This document shows, piece by piece, positions 36,771 to 45,919 of a DNA stretch of 64,000 nt; position 1 is the stretch's first letter, and every line of letters begins with the position of its first letter. A program made the translations under genes and the position numbers. The notes beneath the pieces were generated by a model. The model did not search any database. It was not told the origin of the DNA and worked only from the letters and a program-made list of their open reading frames with translations. This DNA comes from a bacterium (GTDB taxonomy: Bacteria > UBA8248), in contig CBDBZU010000004.1 of the NCBI GenBank assembly GCA_965213625.1, positions 3,776,001-3,840,000 of the forward strand. The letters are read 5' to 3'.

Positions 36771-38290
36771 GGGTCTGTTGAAAAACCCGGTGTTGGAAGC
36801 GGGCGTTTTGGCGGCTCACGCGGCGGCGGAGAGGCAGCCCAATCGGCGCGTGAGGGCGCCATGTGTGCGCAGACGGCGTCTCCAGGCGGCACAGACCCTC
36901 CAGAGGGCGAATAAACGCGCCGCAAAAGCGGCGGCCAGCCGCTTGAGGTTCACCGCTATCGCCGTCAGGTAGGACTGGATCCTCATGTTCGCAAGGCCCC
37001 GGCGCACCGCCCGCCCCAGTCCGTGCCAACTCTTCGCTTCGCCGTGGTAGCCCTCCGAGCGCCAACGGTGGCGGTCGTAGAGCCGCTTCTCCTCCTCCCC
37101 CCATCGCAAATGGCGACGACGCGCGCGCAACAGCGCCGGATACGCGTTGGGAATCAACACCGCCTTGCTCGTTTGCGACTTCGACAGACAATCGGACCTG
37201 AGCGCGCAGCCCGCGCAATCCCGCGTCTTCGATACATAGGAGCGCCCCCGCTCCGTCGCCTGCCGGGGACGCAGCGTCTTGCCTCCCGGACACTTCACCA
37301 CCTCGTTGCGCGCATCGTAGTGGAACAACTGCAGCGGAACACGGCTCTGGCTGGGTTCCTTCTTCGCTGGTATCAGCGCTTCCACGCCCCGCCGCTCCAA
37401 TTCGCCATAAACCTTCGAGTACGCGTAGCCCGAATCCGCCGTCACCATCTCCGGCGCGCGGCCCGACAACTCGCTTACCGCCTCTATATGGGACGCCATC
37501 ATCTCACGCTCGTTCCGCGTCCCCTCCGTCACCGACACGTCGAGAACAACACCCCGCTCATCGTCCACCGCCGCGTGCTGCTTGTAGCTCGGCTCGAACC
37601 CCGCCCGCGCGCTCTTGCGCGCAAGCCGCGCGTCCGGGTCCGTCCGGCTCACCCGACCCCCGCCACCGCGGCCTCCTCCCTTCTTCTCCCCCTCATCATC
37701 GACGGGATTCTCCCGAATCACCTTCTCCGCGTGGTGCGCCGCCAGACTCTCCCAGCTCACGTCCGCGCGTATCAACGAGGCGTCCACGTGTACCACTTCC
37801 CCCTTCGCCACATTCGCCTCCAGGCAAGCCTGCACCGTGCGACGGAATATCTCCTTGAACCGAGCCTCCCCCCACCGCTGACGAATCCGCGTCAGGCTCG
37901 AATGATGCGGCAAATCCTCGTGCAGCCCGTACCCGATGAACCACCGGATCGCCAGGTGCGCACGCGCCTCGCGAAGCAGACGCCGGTCGTGTACGTAGCC
38001 CAGCAACATACCCGCCAGCATCAGGCGCAACGCCACCTCCGGGTCGATCCCCGGTCGACCGTTATCCGCGCAATAGCAATCCGCCACCTCCGCGCGAAGC
38101 CAACTCAAATCCAGTACGCGGTCCACGCGCATCAGGACGTGATCCTCGGGGATCAACCGTTCCAGCGAACCGGCCACGAACAAATCCATCTGCTCGCGCC
38201 CCTTGCTGCCTATCATCGAGGGAACTCCCATCTCGGGCGAGATAGTGTCCTTACACCCAATCACAATGCCGGGGGTTTTTCAACAGCCCC
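36771..38290 (-). mobile_element. IS1182-family insertion sequence, 1520 bp
   Basis: TIRs GGGTCTGTTGAAAAACCC / GGGTTTTTCAACAGCCCC (17/18); target duplication TTGTC at 36766-36770 and 38291-38295. Confidence 0.92.
36816..38216 (-). CDS. IS1182-family DDE transposase
   Basis: LIPEDH.L, GRPGIDP, WFIGY, P.HSSL, VDAS, ADSGY, Cys-rich insertion, R..SEG..GE.K..HGL.R. Confidence 0.92.
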   Translation of the reverse strand: MIGSKGREQMDLFVAGSLERLIPEDHVLMRVDRVLDLSWLRAEVADCYCADNGRPGIDPEVALRLMLAGMLLGYVHDRRLLREARAHLAIRWFIGYGLHEDLPHHSSLTRIRQRWGEARFKEIFRRTVQACLEANVAKGEVVHVDASLIRADVSWESLAAHHAEKVIRENPVDDEGEKKGGGRGGGGRVSRTDPDARLARKSARAGFEPSYKQHAAVDDERGVVLDVSVTEGTRNEREMMASHIEAVSELSGRAPEMVTADSGYAYSKVYGELERRGVEALIPAKKEPSQSRVPLQLFHYDARNEVVKCPGGKTLRPRQATERGRSYVSKTRDCAGCALRSDCLSKSQTSKAVLIPNAYPALLRARRRHLRWGEEEKRLYDRHRWRSEGYHGEAKSWHGLGRAVRRGLANMRIQSYLTAIAVNLKRLAAAFAARLFALWRVCAAWRRRLRTHGALTRRLGCLSAAA

Positions 38291-38513
38291 TTGTCAGGGG
38301 GGCTTTTCTTCTACCCCTTCGTCGGGGGCATCGCCTTTACCCCCCTGATAAGGGGGGACAGGGGGGTTGCTTTTCCAGTCGAGAGAGTTGTCCCCTCTAC
38401 TCTCTGAAAAGGGGTCTTTTTCAACAATCCAATCTGTCGGGATTGACCACCGACCACGTCGCTCAATGTTCTCGGCCGCTGGGTGATCCGCCGCCGGCCT
38501 CGAATCTGTGCGA

Positions 38514-39788
38514 TCAGCTCTCCAGAGAAGCGAGCGCTTCCGCCCTGGACTCGTGAATCGGCAGAATATGGTCCAAGCCGGTAACCCTGAACTTTTCGCG
38601 AGCGCGAGCGGAACGTGCACAAAGAACCAGCTCCACAGCCCGGTCTTGAAGTTCCCGCGCAATCTGGAGGATAGTCTGCAGTCCGCAGTCGCTTATAACG
38701 GTAACGTCCCCCATATCCAATATAACGGCCCGGTCCGTTTCCCTGGTCGCGTTTTGGACTTCCTCCTCGATGGTGGTCGTGGTGGTCTGATCAATTCGTC
38801 CACTGACGTAGATAGACAAGACATCGGCATGTCGTTCAGTCGTTAAATCCATCGTTTCGCCGTCCAACGTATCCACCCTTGCAGTTCCAGGCGGCCTGGC
38901 GCCTGAATTTCTCCAGTATTCGCCCGGCGTGGCGCCGACAATTCGTTTGAACCACCGGGTGAAATAGGCCCGGGAAGAGAAGCCGCACTCAGCGGCGACT
39001 TCGGTGAGGGGAAGCTCGCCCGCAGCGATCAACACCTTTGCACGCTTGATCCTGAGGTCGGTGACGTAGCGGTGCGGCGCCTTCCCGGTGGCCACCTTGA
39101 AGGCGCGTGCGAAGTGGAACGGGCTGAGGTAAGCCTCATTCGCCAGCGTTTCGATGCTCAGGTCCTCCTCGAGATGGGCTTCGATGAATCCGGCGACGCG
39201 TCGAAGGCGCCGGGGGTCGAGGGCGCCGCGCGCAGGCGGCAGCGATTTTGAAGCGTGCGCCATGTTGGAATACTGGCGGACGACATGAATCCCGAGGGCC
39301 GCGGCCAGGGTCTCGATCAGCATCTTTCCGGCAGGCACCGGATCGGTCATCTCGGCATGGATCGCCCATCCGATCTGCTCAATCAGGGGATCGCGAAAGC
39401 CGCCGTGGTAATGCAGTTGGACAGTGTCCGGGTCGACATCGATTTCCCGGGCCACGGTTCGTGACAGAGGCAAATCGGGCAGGAAGATGTGAAGGCTCTC
39501 CTTGACTTCCCCGTAGAGGTGGATCATGTCCTCTTGAACGCCGTTGGGACAGAGCCAGACCGTGCCCGGGACCGCGTTGCAATATTGCAGTTCACCGTCG
39601 CCGCGCCGCCTGACATGCAACCGGCCCTGAAGCATGACGATGACTTCCGTATCGCGAACCTCAACCTCGCCGAGCTCGCCTTCGGTGTGGCTCCAGCGTT
39701 CGGCCAGCATCCCATCCCAGCCCATACTGGCGCCAAGCCGGGTTCCGGTGGTGTATTTCGCTTTCTTGTGCGTTCCTAAACTAACCAT
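38514..39788 (-). CDS. AraC-family transcriptional regulator fused to a C-terminal STAS domain
   Basis: LSPFHFARAFK..TG..P..Y, VAAECGFSS..YFTR.FKR..G.TP; then VSGRID...VILDMGDVTVISDCGL...FRVTGLDHILPI. Confidence 0.85.
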   Translation of the reverse strand: MVSLGTHKKAKYTTGTRLGASMGWDGMLAERWSHTEGELGEVEVRDTEVIVMLQGRLHVRRRGDGELQYCNAVPGTVWLCPNGVQEDMIHLYGEVKESLHIFLPDLPLSRTVAREIDVDPDTVQLHYHGGFRDPLIEQIGWAIHAEMTDPVPAGKMLIETLAAALGIHVVRQYSNMAHASKSLPPARGALDPRRLRRVAGFIEAHLEEDLSIETLANEAYLSPFHFARAFKVATGKAPHRYVTDLRIKRAKVLIAAGELPLTEVAAECGFSSRAYFTRWFKRIVGATPGEYWRNSGARPPGTARVDTLDGETMDLTTERHADVLSIYVSGRIDQTTTTTIEEEVQNATRETDRAVILDMGDVTVISDCGLQTILQIARELQDRAVELVLCARSARAREKFRVTGLDHILPIHESRAEALASLES

Positions 39789-40711
39789 TTCACTCTCCCA
39801 TCGAAGAGGCGACGCTATCAGTTGCATGACCCGTGTTGTCACTATTCGTCCAATTCAATTTAAGCCGTTCGGTTCGGGAGTCCATAGATTTACCAAGCAG
39901 CGGCGGCAAGAGAGCAAAACAGAGCAACGAAACAGCAAGTATCGGCATGGCGAGCCTGCCCCGCGGCCTGTCCGGCTGCAGAGGCGCGCTTCCCGTGAGA
40001 ATCATCCTCGAAGCGGAAGCGGGGGACAGATGGGATGGTATCAGGGAAGGCGGCGGTCCGGATTAAAGATTGCGTAAAATCTCCTGCCGGGGCGCGGTGG
40101 GCATTAGGAGGCCTGCGGCAACAGCGAGCCACATGGGCGCCTGAGGATCATACCGCCCTCTTCGGTTGAGCTTGACTTTTTCCGGACCTCGCCACAAGAC
40201 GCAAGATGCGCATTTGCCCGCATTAGCGGTTATCGGGTCTATCTGAATCTCAACAATCACGCCGGGTATGAGCCGCATTTGCCCGTATTTGCCGTCGCCT
40301 TGTCCAAGATGCGCACGTGTATGATGGCGGAGCCAATCGCTTCGTCCGGAGAAAATGAATTTCCGGAAATATCGATAAATATAGATAAATTCACGGGGTT
40401 TATCTGTAAATAAATGTAAATTGTTTTCTTTGGAAATGACGCCGCTGCATTCGGGCGCAGGGGGATATTGCCATGGCCCGCGACTCATTCGATAACGGCA
40501 AATACGGGGAGTTGCGGGGAGTTGCCGTGGTGATATTCTCCCGGACATAAAAACCGGCTTTCATTTTTTTCATAGAAAGTATCCTGTTTCATATCAGTAG
40601 CTTATGGGGGATCGTCCCGCTGCCGCGCATCATCCCCGTAGCATGACGGCCCGGTTTGGTGATATACTCGGGAGCATCAATCCGTGATTATTCAGCATAG
40701 AGGAAAACGCA

Positions 40712-41353
40712 ATGCCCAGACGTCATAAGGTACGGAAATTCAAGCCCTATCTCATGCGCTACCTCCATTCGGCCGACCCGAACTACGAGCCTGTGCTGAT
40801 GGATTTGCTCGAACACGAACACGAAATCTATGACGAGAGCACCATCGGCGAGGGCGCGGAATCGGCCCGCGGAGAGCGGCTTTCCCACATGTGGCACGTT
40901 GTTTTTACGGAACTTACGGACATTCTCACCCCCTTCCACATCGAGCAGCTCTTCGAGCGCCTGGAGAAGGATTTCTCCGTCACGTGCCGGATCATGCGTG
41001 AGATGTCCGACCCGCAGCCGGTGGAAAAAGAGCCCGCTTTCAGGCACTACCTCATGCGCTACCTGGAATCGAACGACCCGAACTACGAGCCGGTGCTCCG
41101 GGATATACTCGAACACGAAAACGAGTTGTACGACGCCATCACGGCGAGCGAGGAGACGGATTTTCAGCGCGGAGAACACGGGACGTTCTCCTGGCAGGTG
41201 GTTCACGGACAGCTCTCGAAAGTCGTCTCGCCCGGGCAAATCAAAGAACTTTTCGACAAGCTGGAACGTGATTTTTCAGCTACTTGCGCGCTTTTCCACG
41301 AGATGGCCGAGGCGGAGAAACTCATACAGGAAGAAGAGGGCGGACCCGGCTAG
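40712..41353 (+). CDS. Hypothetical acidic protein made of two tandem ~98-aa repeats
   Basis: YLMRYL.S.DPNYEPVL.D.LEHE.E.YD...W.VV...LE.DFS.TC occurs twice; AGAGGA RBS; host-like codon usage. Confidence 0.8.
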   Translation: MPRRHKVRKFKPYLMRYLHSADPNYEPVLMDLLEHEHEIYDESTIGEGAESARGERLSHMWHVVFTELTDILTPFHIEQLFERLEKDFSVTCRIMREMSDPQPVEKEPAFRHYLMRYLESNDPNYEPVLRDILEHENELYDAITASEETDFQRGEHGTFSWQVVHGQLSKVVSPGQIKELFDKLERDFSATCALFHEMAEAEKLIQEEEGGPG

Positions 41354-41370
41354 ACCGGGTTGAAAGCCCC

Positions 41371-41399
41371 TTGCCACTCCCGGCCGCAATCCTTACAAT
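41371..41399 (+). promoter_or_regulatory. Sigma70-like promoter for the VOC gene
   Basis: TTGCCA-17 nt-TACAAT. Confidence 0.6.
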
Positions 41400-41478
41400 C
41401 CAAGGCTTATCAAGCCGATAGACAACCGGACTCGTCATGAAGCCTAAGGTTTACAGCTAAACGAGAGGGGATTCCCGC

Positions 41479-41865
41479 ATGGCCAGATACTCATACGACC
41501 ACCTTCACTTCAGGAGCGAAGACCCGCACGCCGCCCGCGATTTCTGGATCGACATGTTCGGCGCCACCGTCGTGGAGGAGCGAAAGCTGGGCGGTGCGCC
41601 GTCGTTCAACATGGACCTGAACGGCATGGTGTTCCTCGTCTCGGGCCGGGCGGAGGGAGAAGACCCGGTACGGACGGGCTCCGATCCACGCTACGGGCTG
41701 GATCATTTCGGGCTTCGAGTCGACGACATGGACGAGGCGCAAAAAGAGCTGACCGAAAAAGGCGCCGAGTGGATTTGCGAGCCCTGGGAGATACGCCCGG
41801 GGGTTAAGATCGCCTTCATCAAGGGCCCCGACAACATCAGCATCGAGATGGCGCAACGCGGCTAA
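41479..41865 (+). CDS. VOC/glyoxalase family protein
   Basis: DHLHF, GLDHFGLRVDD, IAFIKGPDNISIE. Confidence 0.9.
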   Translation: MARYSYDHLHFRSEDPHAARDFWIDMFGATVVEERKLGGAPSFNMDLNGMVFLVSGRAEGEDPVRTGSDPRYGLDHFGLRVDDMDEAQKELTEKGAEWICEPWEIRPGVKIAFIKGPDNISIEMAQRG

Positions 41866-41977
41866 AATCATGCAACTACGCTGCGGATGACGCATTTTTG
41901 CAGGTAGCGTGTCGTCATCAAATTCGGTGGGTGTTATTATTCCCCGAAGTTTATCCCGCCGCCAAGGGAATTTCGCC

Positions 41978-42664
41978 ATGGAAAAATGGAACAGACGTGA
42001 ACTGTTGAAAAACTCCCTGATCGGTCTCACTGCGCTGGGCACGGGCGCCTTCGCGTTCAGGCAATCCCTCGCCCCCACGCCCGCCTATGGAGAACTGGGG
42101 GAATTCGGGAAATTCCTAGTAGCGCAAGGCGAAAAGCTGGATGAGACGCCACCCATAGCACGAAAACCGACCGCCTCGGACTCCATGGGACCCTACTACA
42201 AGGAAGGGGCTCCTTTCCGCGGCCGCCTGATGCCCCAGGGCGCACCGGGCACGCCCATGATCATTCGCGGCCACGTATATGGACACGATACCCAGAAGAC
42301 GCTCGAGGGCACAACAATCGACGTCTGGCAGGCGGATGACGGCGGCAGCTACCACGGCATGGACGAGAGGGAGAATTACCTCTACAGAGCGCGTATGCGC
42401 ACCACAAGGCGAGGCCTGTATCAGTTCGAGACCGTGCATCCGGGACTTTACGGCTTCGGCTTCTGGGCGAGGCCCTCACACATTCATTTCTATATCCGCC
42501 ATCCCGATTATCAGCCCCTGGTGACGCAGTTGTATTTTCGTGGCGACCCGAGACTGGGCGACCATGAACGCTCGAGACCCTCTCTGATCATTTCGCTCAA
42601 GAAAGTATCCTGGGGAAAAACCTACGAACTGGGTAATTTCGACATCGTTCTAGCGCGCAAATAA
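41978..42664 (+). CDS. Intradiol ring-cleavage dioxygenase-like protein with Tat signal
   Basis: NRRELLK twin-arginine leader; GPYY, IDVWQAD..GSY, FETVHPGLY, RPSHIH, LVTQLYF. Confidence 0.85.
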   Translation: MEKWNRRELLKNSLIGLTALGTGAFAFRQSLAPTPAYGELGEFGKFLVAQGEKLDETPPIARKPTASDSMGPYYKEGAPFRGRLMPQGAPGTPMIIRGHVYGHDTQKTLEGTTIDVWQADDGGSYHGMDERENYLYRARMRTTRRGLYQFETVHPGLYGFGFWARPSHIHFYIRHPDYQPLVTQLYFRGDPRLGDHERSRPSLIISLKKVSWGKTYELGNFDIVLARK

Positions 42665-42714
42665 GGAATATCCGCACGTTTTCAACATGTTAGAAAACTT
42701 GAATAGCCCGGCTC

Positions 42715-44031
42715 TCAGCCATAAAGCGCCGTTTGAAGCTGTTCTCGCATTTTCTCGGGCGCCATGCCAAAAGCGCGCAGCGTGTCCTCAGCCTCCTGAA
42801 TAACCAGATCGATATCCTCATAGATTTTGTACGTCTTCGTGTAATCGGGATAGTCAAAACCCATGGCCTGGCCGAGAATCGTCATGAAATTTTCGATTGC
42901 AAAGGGCTCTCCCTTTTCCAGATCGCATAACTCACGATGACAGCTATGATAAACGGTAAGCAGCGAATCCACCCCGGCGCGGCGCGCAGAGTCCATAAGT
43001 TTCTCGCGCATCGCCGCTTTCGCCTCGGGAATGACGAGCGTGGGACACTGATAGGCATGATTCGATAGCTGTTCAATCTCCACGAACTCGAGTCCTGGAA
43101 CCGCTCGCAGGATTTTTATGACGTTATCCTCGACGCCATCGGTTCCCCCATGCAGGTGCACAGCCACGCGCTTTTCGACCTTTTGCGTGAATTCTCCCCG
43201 CAAAGTTTCCAGGTTATCCACCAGGTATTGCGTGATGTGAACAAACGGCAGGATTTCTTCCTCGTTCGGCCCGGAATCACCCGCCATGGGGAGAACCGGT
43301 ATTCCGGTATATAAGTGCTGATATTCGGAGTACTGCATCTGGCAAGTGGGGCAAAACGTGATGACCCTTTCCGGCTCATAAGATTTGAAATAATCAAGGG
43401 ATCGTGCGCCCATCTCCGCACCCCCTTCCAGATCCCCTCGCCTGATGTGGTTGATACCGCAACAATGGCCCACGCCGCCGGCCACCTCATAGTCCAACCC
43501 GAGCCGGTCGAAAACATCGATGCACGAGAGCAGGATATGGGGCGTCTGGAGGATGTTGCATCCAAAGTAAAATACCGCATCCACATTGTTCACATCGGAG
43601 CCCCGTACGGCGGTGAGACGCCTGAAGAGATCGGGCTCGAGCTGGAGAGCGGCCATGAAGCGAATCTTCCGGCTCATATCCTGAAAATAAGACCGACCGG
43701 CCTCTTGAATGTCCGCCTCCTCTAATTCGACGTTTTGGAGCTTGAGCTTGGCGTAGGAGAGCATTTCACGCGGATTGACGTCCTCCGGGCAGGCCTCGAT
43801 GCAAACCCCGCTTTTCTGACAAGCCTTGGCCCAAAGCGCCCCTTCCGGCTCATGAGGGCGACCGTTGATGATGTCGATCACAGATTTCGTCACCCGCTCG
43901 GGTTCCGCGCCTTTGGCTCCTGAATACGAAACCATCGGGCAGACTTCGTAACACTTTCCGCAATGTGTACAGGCTTCGGTGATATGGGTGATTCGCTCTT
44001 CCATAAAACTCTGGTAGGCAGTCGCTTCCAT
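42715..44031 (-). CDS. (Fe-S)-binding oxidoreductase with CCG domains (GlpC/HdrD-like)
   Basis: CTHCGKCYEVCP, CQKSGVCIEACP, YFGC, HCCG, CPTC, YHSC. Confidence 0.85.
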   Translation of the reverse strand: MEATAYQSFMEERITHITEACTHCGKCYEVCPMVSYSGAKGAEPERVTKSVIDIINGRPHEPEGALWAKACQKSGVCIEACPEDVNPREMLSYAKLKLQNVELEEADIQEAGRSYFQDMSRKIRFMAALQLEPDLFRRLTAVRGSDVNNVDAVFYFGCNILQTPHILLSCIDVFDRLGLDYEVAGGVGHCCGINHIRRGDLEGGAEMGARSLDYFKSYEPERVITFCPTCQMQYSEYQHLYTGIPVLPMAGDSGPNEEEILPFVHITQYLVDNLETLRGEFTQKVEKRVAVHLHGGTDGVEDNVIKILRAVPGLEFVEIEQLSNHAYQCPTLVIPEAKAAMREKLMDSARRAGVDSLLTVYHSCHRELCDLEKGEPFAIENFMTILGQAMGFDYPDYTKTYKIYEDIDLVIQEAEDTLRAFGMAPEKMREQLQTALYG

Positions 44032-44310
44032 GACTCTCCTTCATGAAGGTGAAGAGAAAATTCTATGGGAGCCGGCCGGGATGGTCAACCGAACAGATGT
44101 CGGGCGGCTCCACGTGACTTGTGGTAGCGCGATGCAGTGAATAGTCACCTCCTTCCGGGAGTTTTTGACCAAGCCACGTCAATATGCTAGTTAAGAAGCT
44201 GTTTTTCCGATTGCCTGGTTTGATGGAAAACCCCCAAGGAATGGTCTCACCCCCATATCCGCAAAATCATGAGTCGCCTTGAACCCAAGGCCTCGAGGAG
44301 GTTTTGAGAA

Positions 44311-45819
44311 ATGCCGAAAGCTACTGAGAAATACGATGTCGTCGTCGTGGGTTGCGGCAACGCCGCTCTATGCGCATCGCTGGCGGCGCGTGACCAGGGG
44401 GCCAATGTGCTGGTGCTCGAGAAAGCGCCTGAAGCATGGCGCGGCGGGAATTCCGCATTCTCGGGAGGCCTCTTCCGCTTCGCCTTCAACAGCATCGAAG
44501 ACATCTACTCGCTCGTGCCCGATCTTTCCGACGCCGAGAAGGAAAACATCGAGATCGACCCCTACACGTCGGAGAAATTCTTTGACGATCTTGCCCTGCT
44601 GACCGAATACCAGACCGACGGCGACCTCGCCTCCGTCCTAATTCACGAGTCGTTCCCGACACTGCAATGGATGCAGTCCAAGGGTCTGCGGCTCATCCTC
44701 GCAAGCGGGCGGCAGGCATTCAAGGTCGACGGCAAGATGCGCTTCTGGGGCGGACTGGTTCTCGAGATCGTCGGCGGTGGACGGGGCCTCATCGATTCGC
44801 TCCTCGATGCCGCAAACAATGCCGGAGTGGAAATTCGCTACGCATCGAAGGCGATGCGCCTGATCACGGACCCGATGGGCGGCGTGACGGGCGTCGAGGT
44901 CAAAGGCCCCGATGGGCCTTACGAAGTCGAGGCGCAAGGGGTGATTCTGGCATCGGGTGGATTCGAGGCGAACGCCGAGATGCGCTGCCGCTACCTGGGT
45001 CCGGGCTGGGAACTCGCAAAAGTGCGCGGCACCCCCTACAACACGGGCGACGGCATCAAGATGGCGCTCGATATCGGGGCTCAGCCCTATGGCAACTGGA
45101 GCGGTTGTCACGCCGTCGCCTGGGACTTGAACGCCCCGCCCTTCGGCGACCTCACGGTAGGAGAATCCTACCAGAAACACTCCTATCCGTTCGGCATCAT
45201 CGTGAACATCGAGGGCAAGCGCTTCGTGGATGAGGGGGCCGATTTCAGAAACTATACCTACGCCAAATACGGCCGGAACATTCTACAGCAACCCCAGCGG
45301 GCCGCCTTTCAGATATTCGACCAGAAAACGGTTCATATGCTGCGCGACGAATATCGTATCCGCGAAGTCACCAAGGGCGAGGCCAATACGCTGGAAGAAC
45401 TCGCCGGTCAACTCGAAATCGATGTTGATGAGTTCGTCAAAACCGTTCAGGAATATAACGCATCCATCCAGCCGGGCGAATACAATCCGACCATCAAAGA
45501 CGGGAAATGTACGATGGGCATCGACCCGCCAAAATCGAACTGGGCGCTTCCCATCGATGAACCGCCCTACCTCGGCTTCGCCGTCACCACGGGCATCACG
45601 TTCACCTTCGGTGGCATCCGCGTGACGCCCAAAGCGGAAGTCGTGAATACGGAAAACGAGATCATCCCCGGGCTGTTCGCCGCGGGCGAACTCGTGGGCG
45701 GCGTCTACTATTTCAACTACCCGGGAGGCGCGGGGCTTACCCTGGGCTCTGTATACGGCAAACTGGCAGGCGCCGCAGCAGGGCAGCGCGCCGCTGAGGC
45801 GAACACGGCTTCCGCCTGA
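44311..45819 (+). CDS. tcuA: FAD-dependent tricarballylate dehydrogenase TcuA family
   Basis: GCGNAALCA, RGGNS.FSGG, SGGFEAN, RGTPYNTGDG, RFVDEGADFRNYTYAKYG, GITFTFGG, NYPGGAGL. Confidence 0.85.
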   Translation: MPKATEKYDVVVVGCGNAALCASLAARDQGANVLVLEKAPEAWRGGNSAFSGGLFRFAFNSIEDIYSLVPDLSDAEKENIEIDPYTSEKFFDDLALLTEYQTDGDLASVLIHESFPTLQWMQSKGLRLILASGRQAFKVDGKMRFWGGLVLEIVGGGRGLIDSLLDAANNAGVEIRYASKAMRLITDPMGGVTGVEVKGPDGPYEVEAQGVILASGGFEANAEMRCRYLGPGWELAKVRGTPYNTGDGIKMALDIGAQPYGNWSGCHAVAWDLNAPPFGDLTVGESYQKHSYPFGIIVNIEGKRFVDEGADFRNYTYAKYGRNILQQPQRAAFQIFDQKTVHMLRDEYRIREVTKGEANTLEELAGQLEIDVDEFVKTVQEYNASIQPGEYNPTIKDGKCTMGIDPPKSNWALPIDEPPYLGFAVTTGITFTFGGIRVTPKAEVVNTENEIIPGLFAAGELVGGVYYFNYPGGAGLTLGSVYGKLAGAAAGQRAAEANTASA

Positions 45820-45919
45820 TTTTTCTTTTTCAGAGGGACGAGGCGGTCTACTTCAGATAAAGCGACTGGCCCGGAGTCCTCGGCGGTGATGGCCTGTCCA
45901 AAGCCATGGGCAAGGCGCG

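Larger units (their letters stand above)
36718..38431. mobile_element. MITE-like element (about 190 bp when empty) interrupted by the IS1182
   Basis: Outer ends GGGGCTGTTGAAAAAG and CTTTTTCAACAATCCA; internal palindromes such as CCCCCTTGTCAGGGGG and CCCCCCTGATAAGGGGGG. Confidence 0.6.
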
